Source of the DNA: Acidobacteriota bacterium
GTDB taxonomy: Bacteria; Acidobacteriota; UBA4820; DSQY01
Assembly: GCA_049967655.1 (NCBI GenBank)
Contig: JBMFSH010000034.1
Coordinates: 1-26,281, forward strand
DNA: 26,281 nt
Direction of reading: 5' to 3'
The position numbers and the translations under genes were made by a program. The notes below the pieces were generated by a model. The model was not told where the DNA came from, did no database searches, and saw only the letters and a list, made by a program, of their open reading frames with translations. Shown here in pieces: positions 26,267 to 26,281 of the stretch (the stretch's first letter is position 1; each line of letters opens with the position of its first letter).

Positions 26267-26281
26267 GGGGGGGGGGGGGGG
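26267..26281. other. Terminal poly-G run, probably a sequencing or assembly artefact at a contig end
   Basis: 15 consecutive G at the window end. Confidence 0.6.

Noticed and set aside
26267..26281. Poly-G as a phase-variation tract or G-quadruplex
   Set aside because: It lies exactly at the sequence end, where poly-G is a common two-colour sequencing or assembly artefact.
1..26281. CRISPR arrays, IS elements, integrases, prophage or defence genes
   Set aside because: No spaced repeats, transposase or integrase motifs were found, and nearly all sequence is accounted for by housekeeping and envelope genes.

Overview
GC-rich (roughly 60-70% by eye), gene-dense bacterial chromosome segment from a diderm with LPS-type enzymes and a type IVa pilus machine. 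The gene mix looks Acidobacteriota/deltaproteobacteria-like, which is an inference only. Left to right: (-) pcm and an MFS transporter. (+) A coupled operon of pta, a GT2, an LpxL/PatA-type acyltransferase, STAS, YigZ, CYTH and an NDP-sugar pyrophosphorylase. (+) A WaaE-like GT2. (+) nfeD, stomatin, GGDEF cyclase, DUF4388-like protein, SPOR protein, xseB, ispA, tlyA, nadK (no dxs, no recN). (+) A monocistronic secreted DUF1573-like protein, then a bidirectional terminator. (-) pilMNOPQ, an unknown lipoprotein, a TPR protein, an MglC-like roadblock protein and efp, behind tandem sigma70-like promoters. The window ends in a poly-G run. No rRNA, tRNA, CRISPR or mobile element was seen. The most interesting items are the pilus operon's tail (lipoprotein with an A10 tract, TPR scaffold, MglC-like roadblock, EF-P), a diguanylate cyclase next to a protein with a tandem MshEN-like c-di-GMP-binding motif, and a candidate acyl-glycolipid gene set.
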